Made by a program: the position numbers and the translations under genes
NCBI GenBank assembly: GCA_047285535.1
Contig: JBJBDC010000001.1
Coordinates: 352,136-416,135 of the forward strand
Direction: 5' to 3'
Source: Synechococcus sp.
GTDB taxonomy: Bacteria; Cyanobacteriota; Cyanobacteriia; PCC-6307; Cyanobiaceae
DNA length: 64,000 nucleotides
In this document: one piece after another, positions 11,902-21,599 of the stretch
Numbering within the stretch: position 1 is the stretch's first letter
Layout: each line of letters opens with the position of its first letter
Notes under the pieces: generated by a model
The model's input: the letters and a program-made list of their open reading frames with translations, nothing else
Told to the model about the DNA's origin: nothing
Database searches by the model: none

Positions 11902-11950
11902 GTTTATCGATTGATAGTTTATCGATTGATGGATTATCGATTGATAGTTT
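11902..11950. repeat. 15-bp tandem repeat, ~3.3 copies
   Basis: GTTTATCGATTGATA / GTTTATCGATTGATG / GATTATCGATTGATA / GTTT. Confidence 0.9.
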
Positions 11951-12155
11951 CAAGGTTCCACCATTTTTGGAGTCCGAGAGAGGCGCTTTTTGTATTAATT
12001 AACTCTCAATAGCGTGTCCATTCTGGATGGCTCATTATTGTCATCGACTTGGTATTGATTGTTGCTGAACAGGTCACGATTGAGTGGCATCAATTGCTTC
12101 AGTTCCAGGGCCTCCCGGCTCCGAGGGACACTATGGATAGGTCTTCGCTGACGCT

Positions 12156-13832
12156 GTGCCGCTGAAACCCTTCGAAGCCATCGTGATCGGTTCAGGTGCA
12201 ACTGGAGGCGTTGCGGCGCAAACCCTTGCAGAAGCTGGAGTTCGGGTCCTGGTTGTTGAAGCAGGTCCAGCCCTCAGCGCCGATGAAGCCTTAGGTCGCG
12301 AACCCCAGAACAGCATGAGACGGGTTCGTGGACTGCTCAGCGGTCAGCACCGACGACAGGCTCAGCACCCTGGCTACTGGAAACACAATCCACGTCTTTA
12401 TGCCAATGAGCAGCACTATCCCTATTCCACACCAGAAGGCCAACCTTTTCTCTGGACACAGGGCCGACAAGTGGGTGGGCGCAGTCTGACCTGGGGTGGA
12501 ATCACGCTTCGACTCTCCGATCTGGAATTCAAAGCTGCAGAACGCGATGGCCACGGTTCTACGTGGCCGATCTCCCATGCAGATCTTGACCCCCATTACT
12601 CCTTTCTCGAGAGGCAATTTGCTGTTCATGGAAACAGAGATGGATTACCTCAGCTCCCTGATGGATGCACGACAGCTCCTCTGAGTTTCACCCCGGAAGA
12701 AGAGCGGTTAGCCAACGTTCTCAATGCTGAGCCTGATATCGAGATGATCCATTCGCGTGGTTTTTCATCTCATCAACCTTCATCTGAGTGTCCATGGCCT
12801 CCATCCAGCAGTCCTGGTAGCAGTCTCCAGAGGGCGCTCGCCACAGGCCGGGTGGAAATCCTGGCGGGACATCTAGCAGAGCGGCTGTTAATGCACAGAG
12901 ATCAAAGCCATGCTCGCGGAGTCTTGCTGATCGATCAGTCCAATGGGGAGAGAGTCGAGCTGGAGGCTTCGTTGGTCGTGTTGTGTGCTTCCACCATCGC
13001 TTCACTGCGATTTTTACTGCTGTCAGAGAGCTCCAGGACCGATCGAGGCTTTCATGATCCATCATCCAGCCTGGGCCACCATTTGATGGACCATGTCTCC
13101 ACCTGTCGCTTCTTCAAGGTCCCAAGCCTGAGTGGACGTCAATCTCTTCAGGATCGCGATCCAGAGCATCAGCTATCGGGTGCAGGCAGCTTTTTCCTTC
13201 CATTTGGGAGTCTGCCTCCGTCACGACAGGGACTCCTTCCTTTCCTTAGGGGGTATGGGCTTTGGGGCGCGATCAATCGCTTTGATCCTCCTGGGTGGTT
13301 GAAGCGTCATCCTGATTGCCGTCTGGGTTTTTTAATCGGGCATGGGGAAGTGCTTTCTTCAGATCAAAATCTCGTCACCCTGTCTGGAGAGGTGGATCGC
13401 TGGGGCGTTCCCATACCGCATATCTCAAGCCGTTGGGGGGCGAATGAAAAGGCGATGGTGGCGCACATGCACGTGATGATGAGCGAGGCCATTGCCCTGG
13501 GAGGGGGGGAGATGCAACCGCTTACAGACCTCGTGAAGATCCCGTTTCTCGAGCCTGTGGTCCGCAACATGGAGGCGATGAAAGGGGGCGCTCCTCCGCC
13601 CGGTTACTACGTGCATGAACTGGGTGGGGCTCCGATGGGGCACAAGGAGGAGTCGAGTGTTGTCGATGCTTGGAACCGTCTCTGGCGGTGCCCCAATGTC
13701 TTGGTGGTGGATGGTGCTTGCTGGCCTACATCAGCTTGGCAAAGTCCTACTTTGACGATGATGGCCGTTGCAAGACGAGCCTGTTTACAAGCGGTTTATG
13801 CCCGAGACTTTGTAAAAAGGTCATCGAGATAA
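12156..13832 (+). CDS. GMC family oxidoreductase
   Basis: FAD-binding IGSGATGG, GRQVGGRSLTWG, C-terminal HELGGAPMG...NVLVVDG...SPTLT. Confidence 0.93.
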   Translation: MPLKPFEAIVIGSGATGGVAAQTLAEAGVRVLVVEAGPALSADEALGREPQNSMRRVRGLLSGQHRRQAQHPGYWKHNPRLYANEQHYPYSTPEGQPFLWTQGRQVGGRSLTWGGITLRLSDLEFKAAERDGHGSTWPISHADLDPHYSFLERQFAVHGNRDGLPQLPDGCTTAPLSFTPEEERLANVLNAEPDIEMIHSRGFSSHQPSSECPWPPSSSPGSSLQRALATGRVEILAGHLAERLLMHRDQSHARGVLLIDQSNGERVELEASLVVLCASTIASLRFLLLSESSRTDRGFHDPSSSLGHHLMDHVSTCRFFKVPSLSGRQSLQDRDPEHQLSGAGSFFLPFGSLPPSRQGLLPFLRGYGLWGAINRFDPPGWLKRHPDCRLGFLIGHGEVLSSDQNLVTLSGEVDRWGVPIPHISSRWGANEKAMVAHMHVMMSEAIALGGGEMQPLTDLVKIPFLEPVVRNMEAMKGGAPPPGYYVHELGGAPMGHKEESSVVDAWNRLWRCPNVLVVDGACWPTSAWQSPTLTMMAVARRACLQAVYARDFVKRSSR

Positions 13833-14059
13833 CGCTCAGTAGCCGCTCTATCAGTACATCCATTCTGAACTAAAAACTGAGCAATGGCAGAACTCAGCAA
13901 TTGATATTGATCCCAATAAGGGTTTAAACCAATAAATTCTTTCATCCCGCGATAAAGAACTTCCGGGATTTCAGCTTCCATGCTCACGAAGGTCACAGCA
14001 TCATCACTGGGCGATTCAGCAGCAGGTTCAACGCAGGGTTTTAAGTGGTGTTGATCCAT
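13796..14059 (-). CDS. DUF2811 family protein
   Basis: VSMEAEIPEVLYRGMKEFI..NP.WDQY.L.SSAIA.FL.QNG pattern. Confidence 0.82.
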   Translation of the reverse strand: MDQHHLKPCVEPAAESPSDDAVTFVSMEAEIPEVLYRGMKEFIGLNPYWDQYQLLSSAIAQFLVQNGCTDRAATERYLDDLFTKSRA

Positions 14060-14458
14060 GCTGTTTCGACAAACTTTTGCGGGGAACGTCACCTAGGAAG
14101 ACACATGAAGGCGGTTGGCGTCAAAGCTGTATCAATGGACACCATTAAGCAGCTGCGAAGTTGAGAACCCTTCCAGGCCAGTCGATTACAGAGAGGGCAA
14201 ATCGTTCGATTTCAACTCGAAACTGAGACTCATCGCACTGTCAAGTGCAAATGAGGCCAATATCGAAAACCCACAGGCTTTGAGCAACCAGGCCAGATCC
14301 AATGCATCAGCCCGTGGAAAACAGGGCTAATTCTGTGGAAAACCACGGAACATACGTGTTGACTGCTGATTGATTAGCCTCGCTTATAACGACAAGTATC
14401 TTTGGACTCTGTGTAAGACAGGCCGCGGAATATCAGGGGCTGCAAATAGTTCAAAAGC

Positions 14459-15577
14459 TCAGCGGCTCTGGGGTCGTGGGGACTCTGTCATTGAGTCCCC
14501 CTGGGGGCCTCGAAGGGTGCTGGGACCTAAGGGATGTTCTGCGTGCGGGTAGGGGTGATGCCCATGCCCATGGGGGTGATCGTGATCGAGATGGGAGTGA
14601 TGCTGATGTGCCCCTCCAAGCGGAATGGGCACACCATCAGGCTGACAAGCACCGGTGCATTCGCGCTCACAAAGATCGCAGCCATCGGTCAGGCCCTCCA
14701 CGTGGTGATGATGGCTGGCCTGGGCCAGCCCTACCTCAGTCTCAAAACCCAGAACCTGGGTTCTGTATTTGCAGAGAGAGCAGTTCATCGCTGTCTCACC
14801 ACCCAGTACTTCATCCACACGCTCAACAAACGTGTCTTGGACCTTGGCGTGGTCTCCAAGGTAGGAGGCATGCAGAAATTGGACGTCTGGATGATCGTTG
14901 GCGACGCGCTCACTGTGCTGGCGAATCCTGGTGACGAGAACACCAGAAAAAAGGAAATAAGGGAAAATGATGATCCGCTTGAAGCCCAGACGCACCAGAT
15001 GCCGCAGTCCTGGCTCAACCAGAGGAAAGGTGACTCCTGAATAAACGGTTTCGCCCCAGCCGAATCCAAACCCCTCCACCAACATCCGGGTCACTTTGGC
15101 GACATTGGAATTGGCGTCGGGATCGGAAGATCCGCGTCCTACGACCACAAGCATCGTTTCAGACAGGGGAACCTCTTGGTCTGTCTCTAAGGCTTCTTGG
15201 ATACGAGCGCCTGCTGCAGCGATCATTAACCGATCAACCCCCAATTCCCGGCCATAATCGATCTGTAAACCCGTTTCAGCGCTGTAGGTATTCAGCACTG
15301 AGGGAATGTCATTCTTCGCGTGTCCTGCAGCAAACAACATCGCAGGAATGGCCAATACCTTGTTCACCCCTCGCTCTCTTAATCGATCCAAACCATCTCG
15401 AAGAATTGGACTGGCAAATTCCAGAAAACCATGCTCAACAGGGATCGGACTCATGCGCTGTCGCAGTCCAGTGGCGAGACGTTCAAACTCCTCAACCGCT
15501 AAACGATTCCTGCTTCCATGGCCACAAATCAAGACGCCGTAGGGCGATGGTTGCTCTGCAATCGGATCTGAACTCAC
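14459..15577 (-). CDS. cbiX: Sirohydrochlorin cobaltochelatase (long CbiX)
   Basis: CGHGSR, AAGHAKNDIP, GRGSSDPDAN, MNCSLCKY and a His-rich C-terminal tail. Confidence 0.93.
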   Translation of the reverse strand: MSSDPIAEQPSPYGVLICGHGSRNRLAVEEFERLATGLRQRMSPIPVEHGFLEFASPILRDGLDRLRERGVNKVLAIPAMLFAAGHAKNDIPSVLNTYSAETGLQIDYGRELGVDRLMIAAAGARIQEALETDQEVPLSETMLVVVGRGSSDPDANSNVAKVTRMLVEGFGFGWGETVYSGVTFPLVEPGLRHLVRLGFKRIIIFPYFLFSGVLVTRIRQHSERVANDHPDVQFLHASYLGDHAKVQDTFVERVDEVLGGETAMNCSLCKYRTQVLGFETEVGLAQASHHHHVEGLTDGCDLCERECTGACQPDGVPIPLGGAHQHHSHLDHDHPHGHGHHPYPHAEHPLGPSTLRGPQGDSMTESPRPQSR

Positions 15578-15613
15578 GCAGTTCGTTCCACTATCACGAC
15601 ACTATCCTCAGCA

Positions 15614-16969
15614 GTGTTGATAGCGCTGAACGGTCTTGCTCCGACTACCGGCGTGCATGGGAGCCATCACGTGTCTAGGCATGCCGCACTTTGGAATCCG
15701 TTGGCGGAGGACTCCAACCCCGCCGGATGGTTGGCCCCTGATGAGAGCACCATCTCCAACCTGCTTGGCCAGGGAATTCAGCCAACACCAGTCTTGGTTT
15801 GCTCCGGAGGCACGAGCAGTCGCTGCGCAGCGGATGATCTTTGGACACTGGATTTGAGGCCTCAGCATCGTCAGTTGCTGATCAGCGCAGATGGCAAGGA
15901 CGTTGAGATTGGTGCCGGTCTCACCATGGCCGAGGTGTTACAGGCCCTTCAACGACAAGGTCGTTCCATACCGGTAGGGCTGTCCAGCATTCCAGGTTGC
16001 GGCTTCATTCTCACAGGTGGAGTCGGACCTCTCAGTCGCTCTCAAGGTCTTGCCCTTGATCAGGTGGTGGGAATGCGAGGTGTGTGGGGCAATGGCACAA
16101 CGTTTGACATGGCCCTGCCAAGGCACGATCCTGCCCAGCGCAGCGCCATGGCTCGTGGTCCTTGCTATGGCCAGGAGTGGAGAGGGCTGCTTGGTGCGGC
16201 TCCATTCCTCGCCGTTGTCACGGCGATTCGCTTACGCACGCAGGTGCTCAAACCCCTTGCGGTTTGGCGTGGCGTCTGCAGTACTCAACAGCTCGCCATG
16301 GCGATTGAGATTGCGGAACAATGGCCCCATGGCGCCAGTTTGCAGTGGGCCTGGAGCGAACGGATCGAGATCTTCGTTGTTTGTTGTGCTGATGATTCAG
16401 CTGCGATGAATGCGATGGAAAGGCTGCGCAGGCTGCTGGGCAACAGCGCTGATTCCTGCTTGACGATGGTGCCAGGCCAACATGCCCAGCCCGAGTTTGG
16501 AACACTCGCCAGATCTGGATCCGTGATGGGTCGCATCCACCGCGAAGTGATCAGCAGGCTGGGGCCAGGCTGGGGCCAGCGGACGCCTGAACTGATTGCT
16601 GAACTCAATCAACTGATCAGGGATCGCCCTCACCCTGGATGTCAAATCAGTGCCCAGCAGCTTGGTGCTAAGAGTGCACAGGTCCCAGTGGAGAGCACAT
16701 CATTCATCCACCGCGCTGCGATCTGGAAACCTTGGATCAGCGCCGTTTGGAATGCAAATGACCAAGAAGGACGCGAACGCGCATTGCATTGGCTTGATCA
16801 AGCCAACACCTTGCTCACTCAATCCTGTCCAGGCGTTCACTTGGCTCAGATCCATCCACACTTGTCATGCCATCAGCAAGAACTGGATGAAGCCTTCGCC
16901 GACTGGCTTCCAGGCCTCAAACAATTAAAAGCGAAGCTTGATCCCAACGGGAACCTGCCAGCCCTTTGA
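15614..16969 (+). CDS. FAD-binding oxidoreductase (FAD-binding-4/BBE-like)
   Basis: SGG, V.IGAG, G..GFILTGGVGPLSR..GL..D, C-terminal L..LKAKLDP. Start codon uncertain. Confidence 0.8.
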   Translation: MLIALNGLAPTTGVHGSHHVSRHAALWNPLAEDSNPAGWLAPDESTISNLLGQGIQPTPVLVCSGGTSSRCAADDLWTLDLRPQHRQLLISADGKDVEIGAGLTMAEVLQALQRQGRSIPVGLSSIPGCGFILTGGVGPLSRSQGLALDQVVGMRGVWGNGTTFDMALPRHDPAQRSAMARGPCYGQEWRGLLGAAPFLAVVTAIRLRTQVLKPLAVWRGVCSTQQLAMAIEIAEQWPHGASLQWAWSERIEIFVVCCADDSAAMNAMERLRRLLGNSADSCLTMVPGQHAQPEFGTLARSGSVMGRIHREVISRLGPGWGQRTPELIAELNQLIRDRPHPGCQISAQQLGAKSAQVPVESTSFIHRAAIWKPWISAVWNANDQEGRERALHWLDQANTLLTQSCPGVHLAQIHPHLSCHQQELDEAFADWLPGLKQLKAKLDPNGNLPAL

Positions 16970-17095
16970 CAGACGCTGCTTGAGGTGAAACCTCTCTTCG
17001 CCCTCCATCCATTCGCCTTCATCGATTCGCCTCCATCTAACGGTGTTGCCCTCTGCAGGAGGGAGTTTCAGCGTTACGGGAAGCCTGGACATAAT

Positions 17096-17119
17096 AAAAA
17101 ACCCCGCCTGTGGCGGGGC
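17096..17119 (-). terminator. Intrinsic terminator of the DUF4278 peptide gene
   Basis: Minus strand CCCCGCC-aca-GGCGGGG-TTTTTT. Confidence 0.85.
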
Positions 17120-17140
17120 TGTTCCCTGTGAGCACTGAGC

Positions 17141-17248
17141 TCACTTGGTGTATGACAAGCCGCGATAGGTGAGAAGCGTTTTCTTCGTTGAATCGAAGCC
17201 AGCCCCTTGGAGCTGCACGTACTTCTTGCCGCGATAGGTGAGAGTCAT
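17141..17248 (-). CDS. 35-aa DUF4278 family peptide (below ORF-track cutoff)
   Basis: MTLTYRGKKYVQLQGAGFDSTKKTLLTYRGLSYTK has two LTYRG repeats; GAGGAA RBS upstream, terminator downstream. Confidence 0.88.
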   Translation of the reverse strand: MTLTYRGKKYVQLQGAGFDSTKKTLLTYRGLSYTK

Positions 17249-17264
17249 TTGAGGTTCCTCAGAA

Positions 17265-17321
17265 ATCCAGGTCCCCGTTCCGTGGCCTGGCAGTCTGCGC
17301 CTCACGGATGTGAGGTGAACG
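17265..17321 (-). ncRNA. Glutamine riboswitch class II (Downstream-peptide RNA motif)
   Basis: Minus strand CGTTCACCTCACATCCGTGAGGCGCAGACTGCCAGGCCACGGAACGGGGACCTGG, matching the CGUUCA...GCGCAG...GGAACGGGG pattern; directly 5' of a DUF4278 ORF, the motif's typical context. Confidence 0.85.
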
Positions 17322-17325
17322 TTGT

Positions 17326-17339
17326 GTAGCGGTTGCTAC
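17326..17339. promoter_or_regulatory. NtcA binding site in a repressing position
   Basis: GTAGCGGTTGCTAC = GTA-N8-TAC, a few nt downstream of a minus-strand TATAAA -10-like hexamer (17346-17351), so it overlaps the expected start site. Confidence 0.8.
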
Positions 17340-17438
17340 TTCACCTTTATAGCCAGACAGTCAACCCGTGAGTAGTTCAGAGTGATACAAGAATGGGGAT
17401 GGCTTTGGAATGGTGTTCCCGGCTCAAGCCGAAAAAAG

Positions 17439-17459
17439 AAAACCCCGCCTGTGGCGGGG
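17439..17459 (-). terminator. Second intrinsic terminator, identical core to 17096-17119
   Basis: AAAACCCCGCCTGTGGCGGGG on the + strand; T-rich tail on the minus strand. Confidence 0.75.
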
Positions 17460-17643
17460 AAAGGTGTTCATGCTTGCCAAGCATCAGACAGGGTGTTGTG
17501 CAATGACGCACTGTTGATAAGGATGCGTCATGTATCGGCCAAGGTTGTGATATTGATTTCGCGACGCATGATCCTGAATTTTGTCGTTGTGGCTTTGAAC
17601 GCTTTATGCATTCAGTGTGATCAAGTTGGCCCAGCGAGAAGTC

Positions 17644-18675
17644 TTACTGATCAGGAGAAGCAGCATTCTCTAAGTATATTGTTTGCGTTGGGTATGCAAA
17701 ATTAATTCCATGCTTGTCAAATGATTCCATGATTTGAAGGTTGATCTGTTGCTGAGCATCCATTGCAATAATGTAGTCTTTAGTGTCGATATAGTAAACA
17801 AGCTCAAAGTTAAGACTTGAGTCAGCAAATTCAACAAAATGGCAACGGTCAAAAGATGCGTGTTCAGTGCTGTTGACTGCCGAAGCAATCAAATCTGGAA
17901 TCATCGCCATGAGCTCTGTGCTCGTGTCATACGTCACGCCTATTTTATAAATCAGTCGACGCCTAGGCATATCGGCAAAGTTAGAAATCACGCCACTTGT
18001 TAAAGACGAGTTGCTCATCACTACAATCTCTCCGCGCACGCTACGTAAGCGAGTCGACCTCACGCCGATGTTTTCAACGGTTGCCCATATGGAATCAATA
18101 TTGATGAATTGACCAACGCGAAATGGTTTGTCCACGATAATCATAAAGTAAGCAAATAACTCCATGGCTGGATCTTTGAGAGCGAGGCCAATTCCAATGC
18201 CACCGGCACTAAGTAAGGCCCATATGGCCGCTAACTGCATTCCTAAGCTTTGCAGGTAAATCAACGCACCGACCATCCAAACCATGGCCCGTATCACCGG
18301 CATCAGCGACACGTACATCACGTGAAGTTCGTCATCACCTGTTCGGCGCACCACACCCTGCATAAAGCGAGCTGCGATTCGATTGAAAAAGCGAATCGCT
18401 ACGACAACAATGACAAGACGAACTAAAGCCTGATAAGCAGTATTGACATTCGGCTCCAGTGGTAAATCATCGCGAATCAGCGTGAGTGCCACGACAACGC
18501 CTATTGGAATCGCCAAGTCGGCAATACACTTCAATAAAAAATCATCAAAACTAGTGGCTGAATGGTGTGTAAATCTGGGCAAAATTCGCACGCAAAATAA
18601 CCAAATCATCAATGTGCACAAAGCACCGAGTCCGATCTGTAAGACGATCGTCAAGGCCAAGGTCATCCAGTTCAT
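17644..18675 (-). CDS. Small-conductance mechanosensitive channel family protein (MscS)
   Basis: TM helices then GIGLALKD...DKPFRVGQFI...VENIGVRST.LRS..GE...SNS, and FAYPT C-terminus. Confidence 0.93.
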   Translation of the reverse strand: MNWMTLALTIVLQIGLGALCTLMIWLFCVRILPRFTHHSATSFDDFLLKCIADLAIPIGVVVALTLIRDDLPLEPNVNTAYQALVRLVIVVVAIRFFNRIAARFMQGVVRRTGDDELHVMYVSLMPVIRAMVWMVGALIYLQSLGMQLAAIWALLSAGGIGIGLALKDPAMELFAYFMIIVDKPFRVGQFINIDSIWATVENIGVRSTRLRSVRGEIVVMSNSSLTSGVISNFADMPRRRLIYKIGVTYDTSTELMAMIPDLIASAVNSTEHASFDRCHFVEFADSSLNFELVYYIDTKDYIIAMDAQQQINLQIMESFDKHGINFAYPTQTIYLENAASPDQ

Positions 18676-19988
18676 GCAATTCGTTGGATTTTGATGACCA
18701 TTGCTTGATTGTGCAAGGCTCTGTTCTTGATCAGCAACCTAGAGGTGAGATCGACGTGAGATCCACCTGATGCCTCCCTCTAGATGTCGTTGTCTTGAGA
18801 AGTTCCTAGCTTTAAAGAAGAACTAACAATGTCTATTGCTTTTTTAAAATACTGAGTTTACTTAAAATTAGCGTTTTTCTCATTGGTTTTAATCACGAAT
18901 AGACAAAATATTCTCACCACAGCTTGATCTTTGGTTTTGAAGGTCTTTTAACGAGGCATGTATTCCTCGACGCATGGTTGTGATTTCTGAAGCCAGTCTG
19001 AGATCAAACGCATGCAATTGAACGATAGTTGGATCTACGACTTCATCACTGCCGCTAGGCACTAGACAATCTCAAGACCCTTTAAGGCAATTGCATTCCG
19101 CCAAAATTCCCTGCGCTGGGTAATGATCTTGATGATGTATTGGCAGCTCTTGCTTTTGTACAGGTCTTGTTCTCTAGGCGCAGTTTTGATTGCCCTGCAT
19201 CACCTTGCCCGGCCCGTTGAACACCCTTATCAGTGAACGGTTGCCTCATTCCTCAGGGTTTCCGTTTCTATCCGGCCGGGTAGTGGGGGTTCTAGGCATA
19301 GGATCCCCAACCCTTCATGACCCTAAGCGAGCTTTGCCTTGCTGCCTTAGCAAGAACCCATTGATCTGATCATCCTTGAGCGGACTGCACAGAAGGTTGA
19401 TGAGCATTCAGGCCTAGAAGGCCTGGCGGTTCGGGCACAACACACCAACAACCAGAGCCCTGTGGGTTGAGGTCAAGGCCAGATCATGAGGCAGCACTGG
19501 CCAGCTAGTGGTTCGCAGGATGCTCAGGCAAAACACGCCTAAAGCCTGGGACACAATGGCCTGCCAAGTGGTGATCAACTCACCTAGTTCCTCGCCGCAA
19601 AGCAGCCGCGATGATCAGCTCACTGCAGCATGTTTGCCCCTTTTTGAACCTCTGTGGACAGACCGCCGCCAGCGTGCGTCTGGAAGCGCAAGCCGGATCC
19701 TGAACATCTTTAGACCTCAGCTCCCAAGCAGCTCTTGGCATCGAAACCTTGGACTGAGCACCTCGAGTGAGCGCGCGGTGTCGACGCCTTCTCTTCACAT
19801 CATTCAGGCAGAGCTGCGGTAACCTTCGGCGCCTGCCTGGATGCCCTCCGAAAGGATTTGCTGCTCTTGTCCATCGCAGAGGATGATGAGCCGATGTCCA
19901 CTTTCTTGCCCTAAGCAAAAGAAGGGACACCGTCAAAAGTAAGTCATAGACAAGGATATTCAGCATTAACACGTTTCCTCAAAAGACA

Positions 19989-21575
19989 GTGGTCGTAACG
20001 CCCATGGCAACCTCTCCCTCGATGGGGCTGCAGCACTGGTTCAGCAATCCAAGACGAGATGTTCTCTCCGGCCTGGTTGTGGCCTTCGCCATGATCCCCG
20101 AAGCGATCGCGTTCTCGGGGATTGCAGGGGTTGATCCCAGAGTTGGATTGTTTGGTGCCTTCTGCCTCTCCGTCACCATTGCCTTTGTTGGTGGTCGAAC
20201 GGCGATGATCACCTCCGCTACCGGATCAACGGCTCTGTTGATGACCGGCTTGGTGGCCACAGGAAATGCAAGAGGTGAAGGATTGGGGCTTGCTTATCTG
20301 ATGGCAGCAGGCCTTCTCACCGGTGTCTTTCAAATTCTCTGGGGATATTTGCGTCTGGCCTACCAGATGAGGTTCGTCCCTTTAGGTGTCTTAAGCGGAT
20401 TTGTGAATGCTCTCGCACTCTTGATCTTTCAAGCTCAACTTCCTCAATTGGGCATTAACCTTCACTTTGGTGAGGCTGGACATGAGCCTGCCCTTCACGT
20501 GTTGCATGGTCATCAGATTCCAGTGGTTTGGTCTCTTGTCTTGCTTGGCCTGATCATCATTTATGGTCTGCCGCGCATCACCCGTGCCCTGCCCTCACAG
20601 CTTGTAGCCATCATTGTGATTACAGGCATCAGTATGAGTTTGAATCTCGATATTCCAAAGGTGATGAATCTTGGAGAGCTTCCTGATGGTCTCCCTACGT
20701 TCCACCTTCCATTCGGTGCCATTGTTGATCAGAAAGTGCCTTTCAATCTGGAAACATTTGGAATTGTTTTGCCCACTGCTTTGTCGATCTCATTGGTGGG
20801 ATTGATGGAAACTTTTCTCACTCAAGATATTCTTGATGAGAGAACAGATTCAAACTCAAATAAAAATACCGAGGCGAAAGGCCAAGGAATCGCCAATATT
20901 GTGTCCTCCTTGTTTGGCGGGATGGCTGGATGTGCTCTTGTGGGCCAATCTGTGATGAACATCGATAACGGTGGCAGAACTCGTCTATCAACACTCTTCT
21001 CTGGTATCAGCCTCCTGGCCATGATCTTGCTTGCCAGTGCATGGCTGAAGCAGATTCCCATGGCTGCTCTCGTGGCTGTGATGATCGGCATCGCTGTGAG
21101 TACAGCTGACCTGGCAGGGTTACGCAATATTCGTAATCTTCCCAAAAGTGATGTGGCCGTCATGGTGATGACCTTTGCTGTCACCATGCTGACCACGCCC
21201 CATAATCTTGCGCTTGGTGTGCTTGCAGGTGTTGCTCTGGCTGGTCTTTTATTCAGCCGCAAAGTAGCCAAAGTGATCCGCGTGGAGGCTGTGAAAATCA
21301 ATGATGATGAATGCCGCTATGTGGTGCGTGGGCAATTGTTCTTTGTGAGCAAGGTGTATTTTCTCCAGGGCTTTGATCTTCACGACCATCCCGCCAGAAT
21401 CACCATCGATATGAGCCAGGCGCATGTTTGGGATCAGAGTGGAGTCGCCGCACTGAATCAACTCATTCGCAAGCTCAGACTGGGAGGCTCAGTGGTGAAT
21501 GTCGAGGGATTAAATCAGGAAAGCCTCAATCTTTTTGAACGGATTGGTAGTCAGCCTGAAGGTGGTCATGGCTAG
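19989..21575 (+). CDS. SulP/SLC26 family anion permease with short STAS domain
   Basis: [46 protein letters not shown]...WDQSG. Alternative ATG at 20004. Confidence 0.93.
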   Translation: MVVTPMATSPSMGLQHWFSNPRRDVLSGLVVAFAMIPEAIAFSGIAGVDPRVGLFGAFCLSVTIAFVGGRTAMITSATGSTALLMTGLVATGNARGEGLGLAYLMAAGLLTGVFQILWGYLRLAYQMRFVPLGVLSGFVNALALLIFQAQLPQLGINLHFGEAGHEPALHVLHGHQIPVVWSLVLLGLIIIYGLPRITRALPSQLVAIIVITGISMSLNLDIPKVMNLGELPDGLPTFHLPFGAIVDQKVPFNLETFGIVLPTALSISLVGLMETFLTQDILDERTDSNSNKNTEAKGQGIANIVSSLFGGMAGCALVGQSVMNIDNGGRTRLSTLFSGISLLAMILLASAWLKQIPMAALVAVMIGIAVSTADLAGLRNIRNLPKSDVAVMVMTFAVTMLTTPHNLALGVLAGVALAGLLFSRKVAKVIRVEAVKINDDECRYVVRGQLFFVSKVYFLQGFDLHDHPARITIDMSQAHVWDQSGVAALNQLIRKLRLGGSVVNVEGLNQESLNLFERIGSQPEGGHG

Positions 21576-21599
21576 GTCATCAATTCATATGATTTTTAT

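Noticed and set aside
11902..11950. Possible mini-CRISPR array
   Set aside because: Units are contiguous with no spacers, too short, and there are no cas genes in the window.
11737..12012. 91-aa ORF with a VYRLI repeat
   Set aside because: The repeat comes from the 15-bp DNA tandem repeat; no RBS or recognisable domain.
11281..12150. Integrated element at tRNA-Met
   Set aside because: No adjacent integrase and no duplicate of the tRNA 3' end was seen.
14476..15040. Plus-strand ORFs of 152 and 168 aa
   Set aside because: Antisense shadows of cbiX and its His-rich tail.
17382..17705. 107-aa plus-strand ORF
   Set aside because: Runs through a terminator and overlaps the mscS end; no domain signal.
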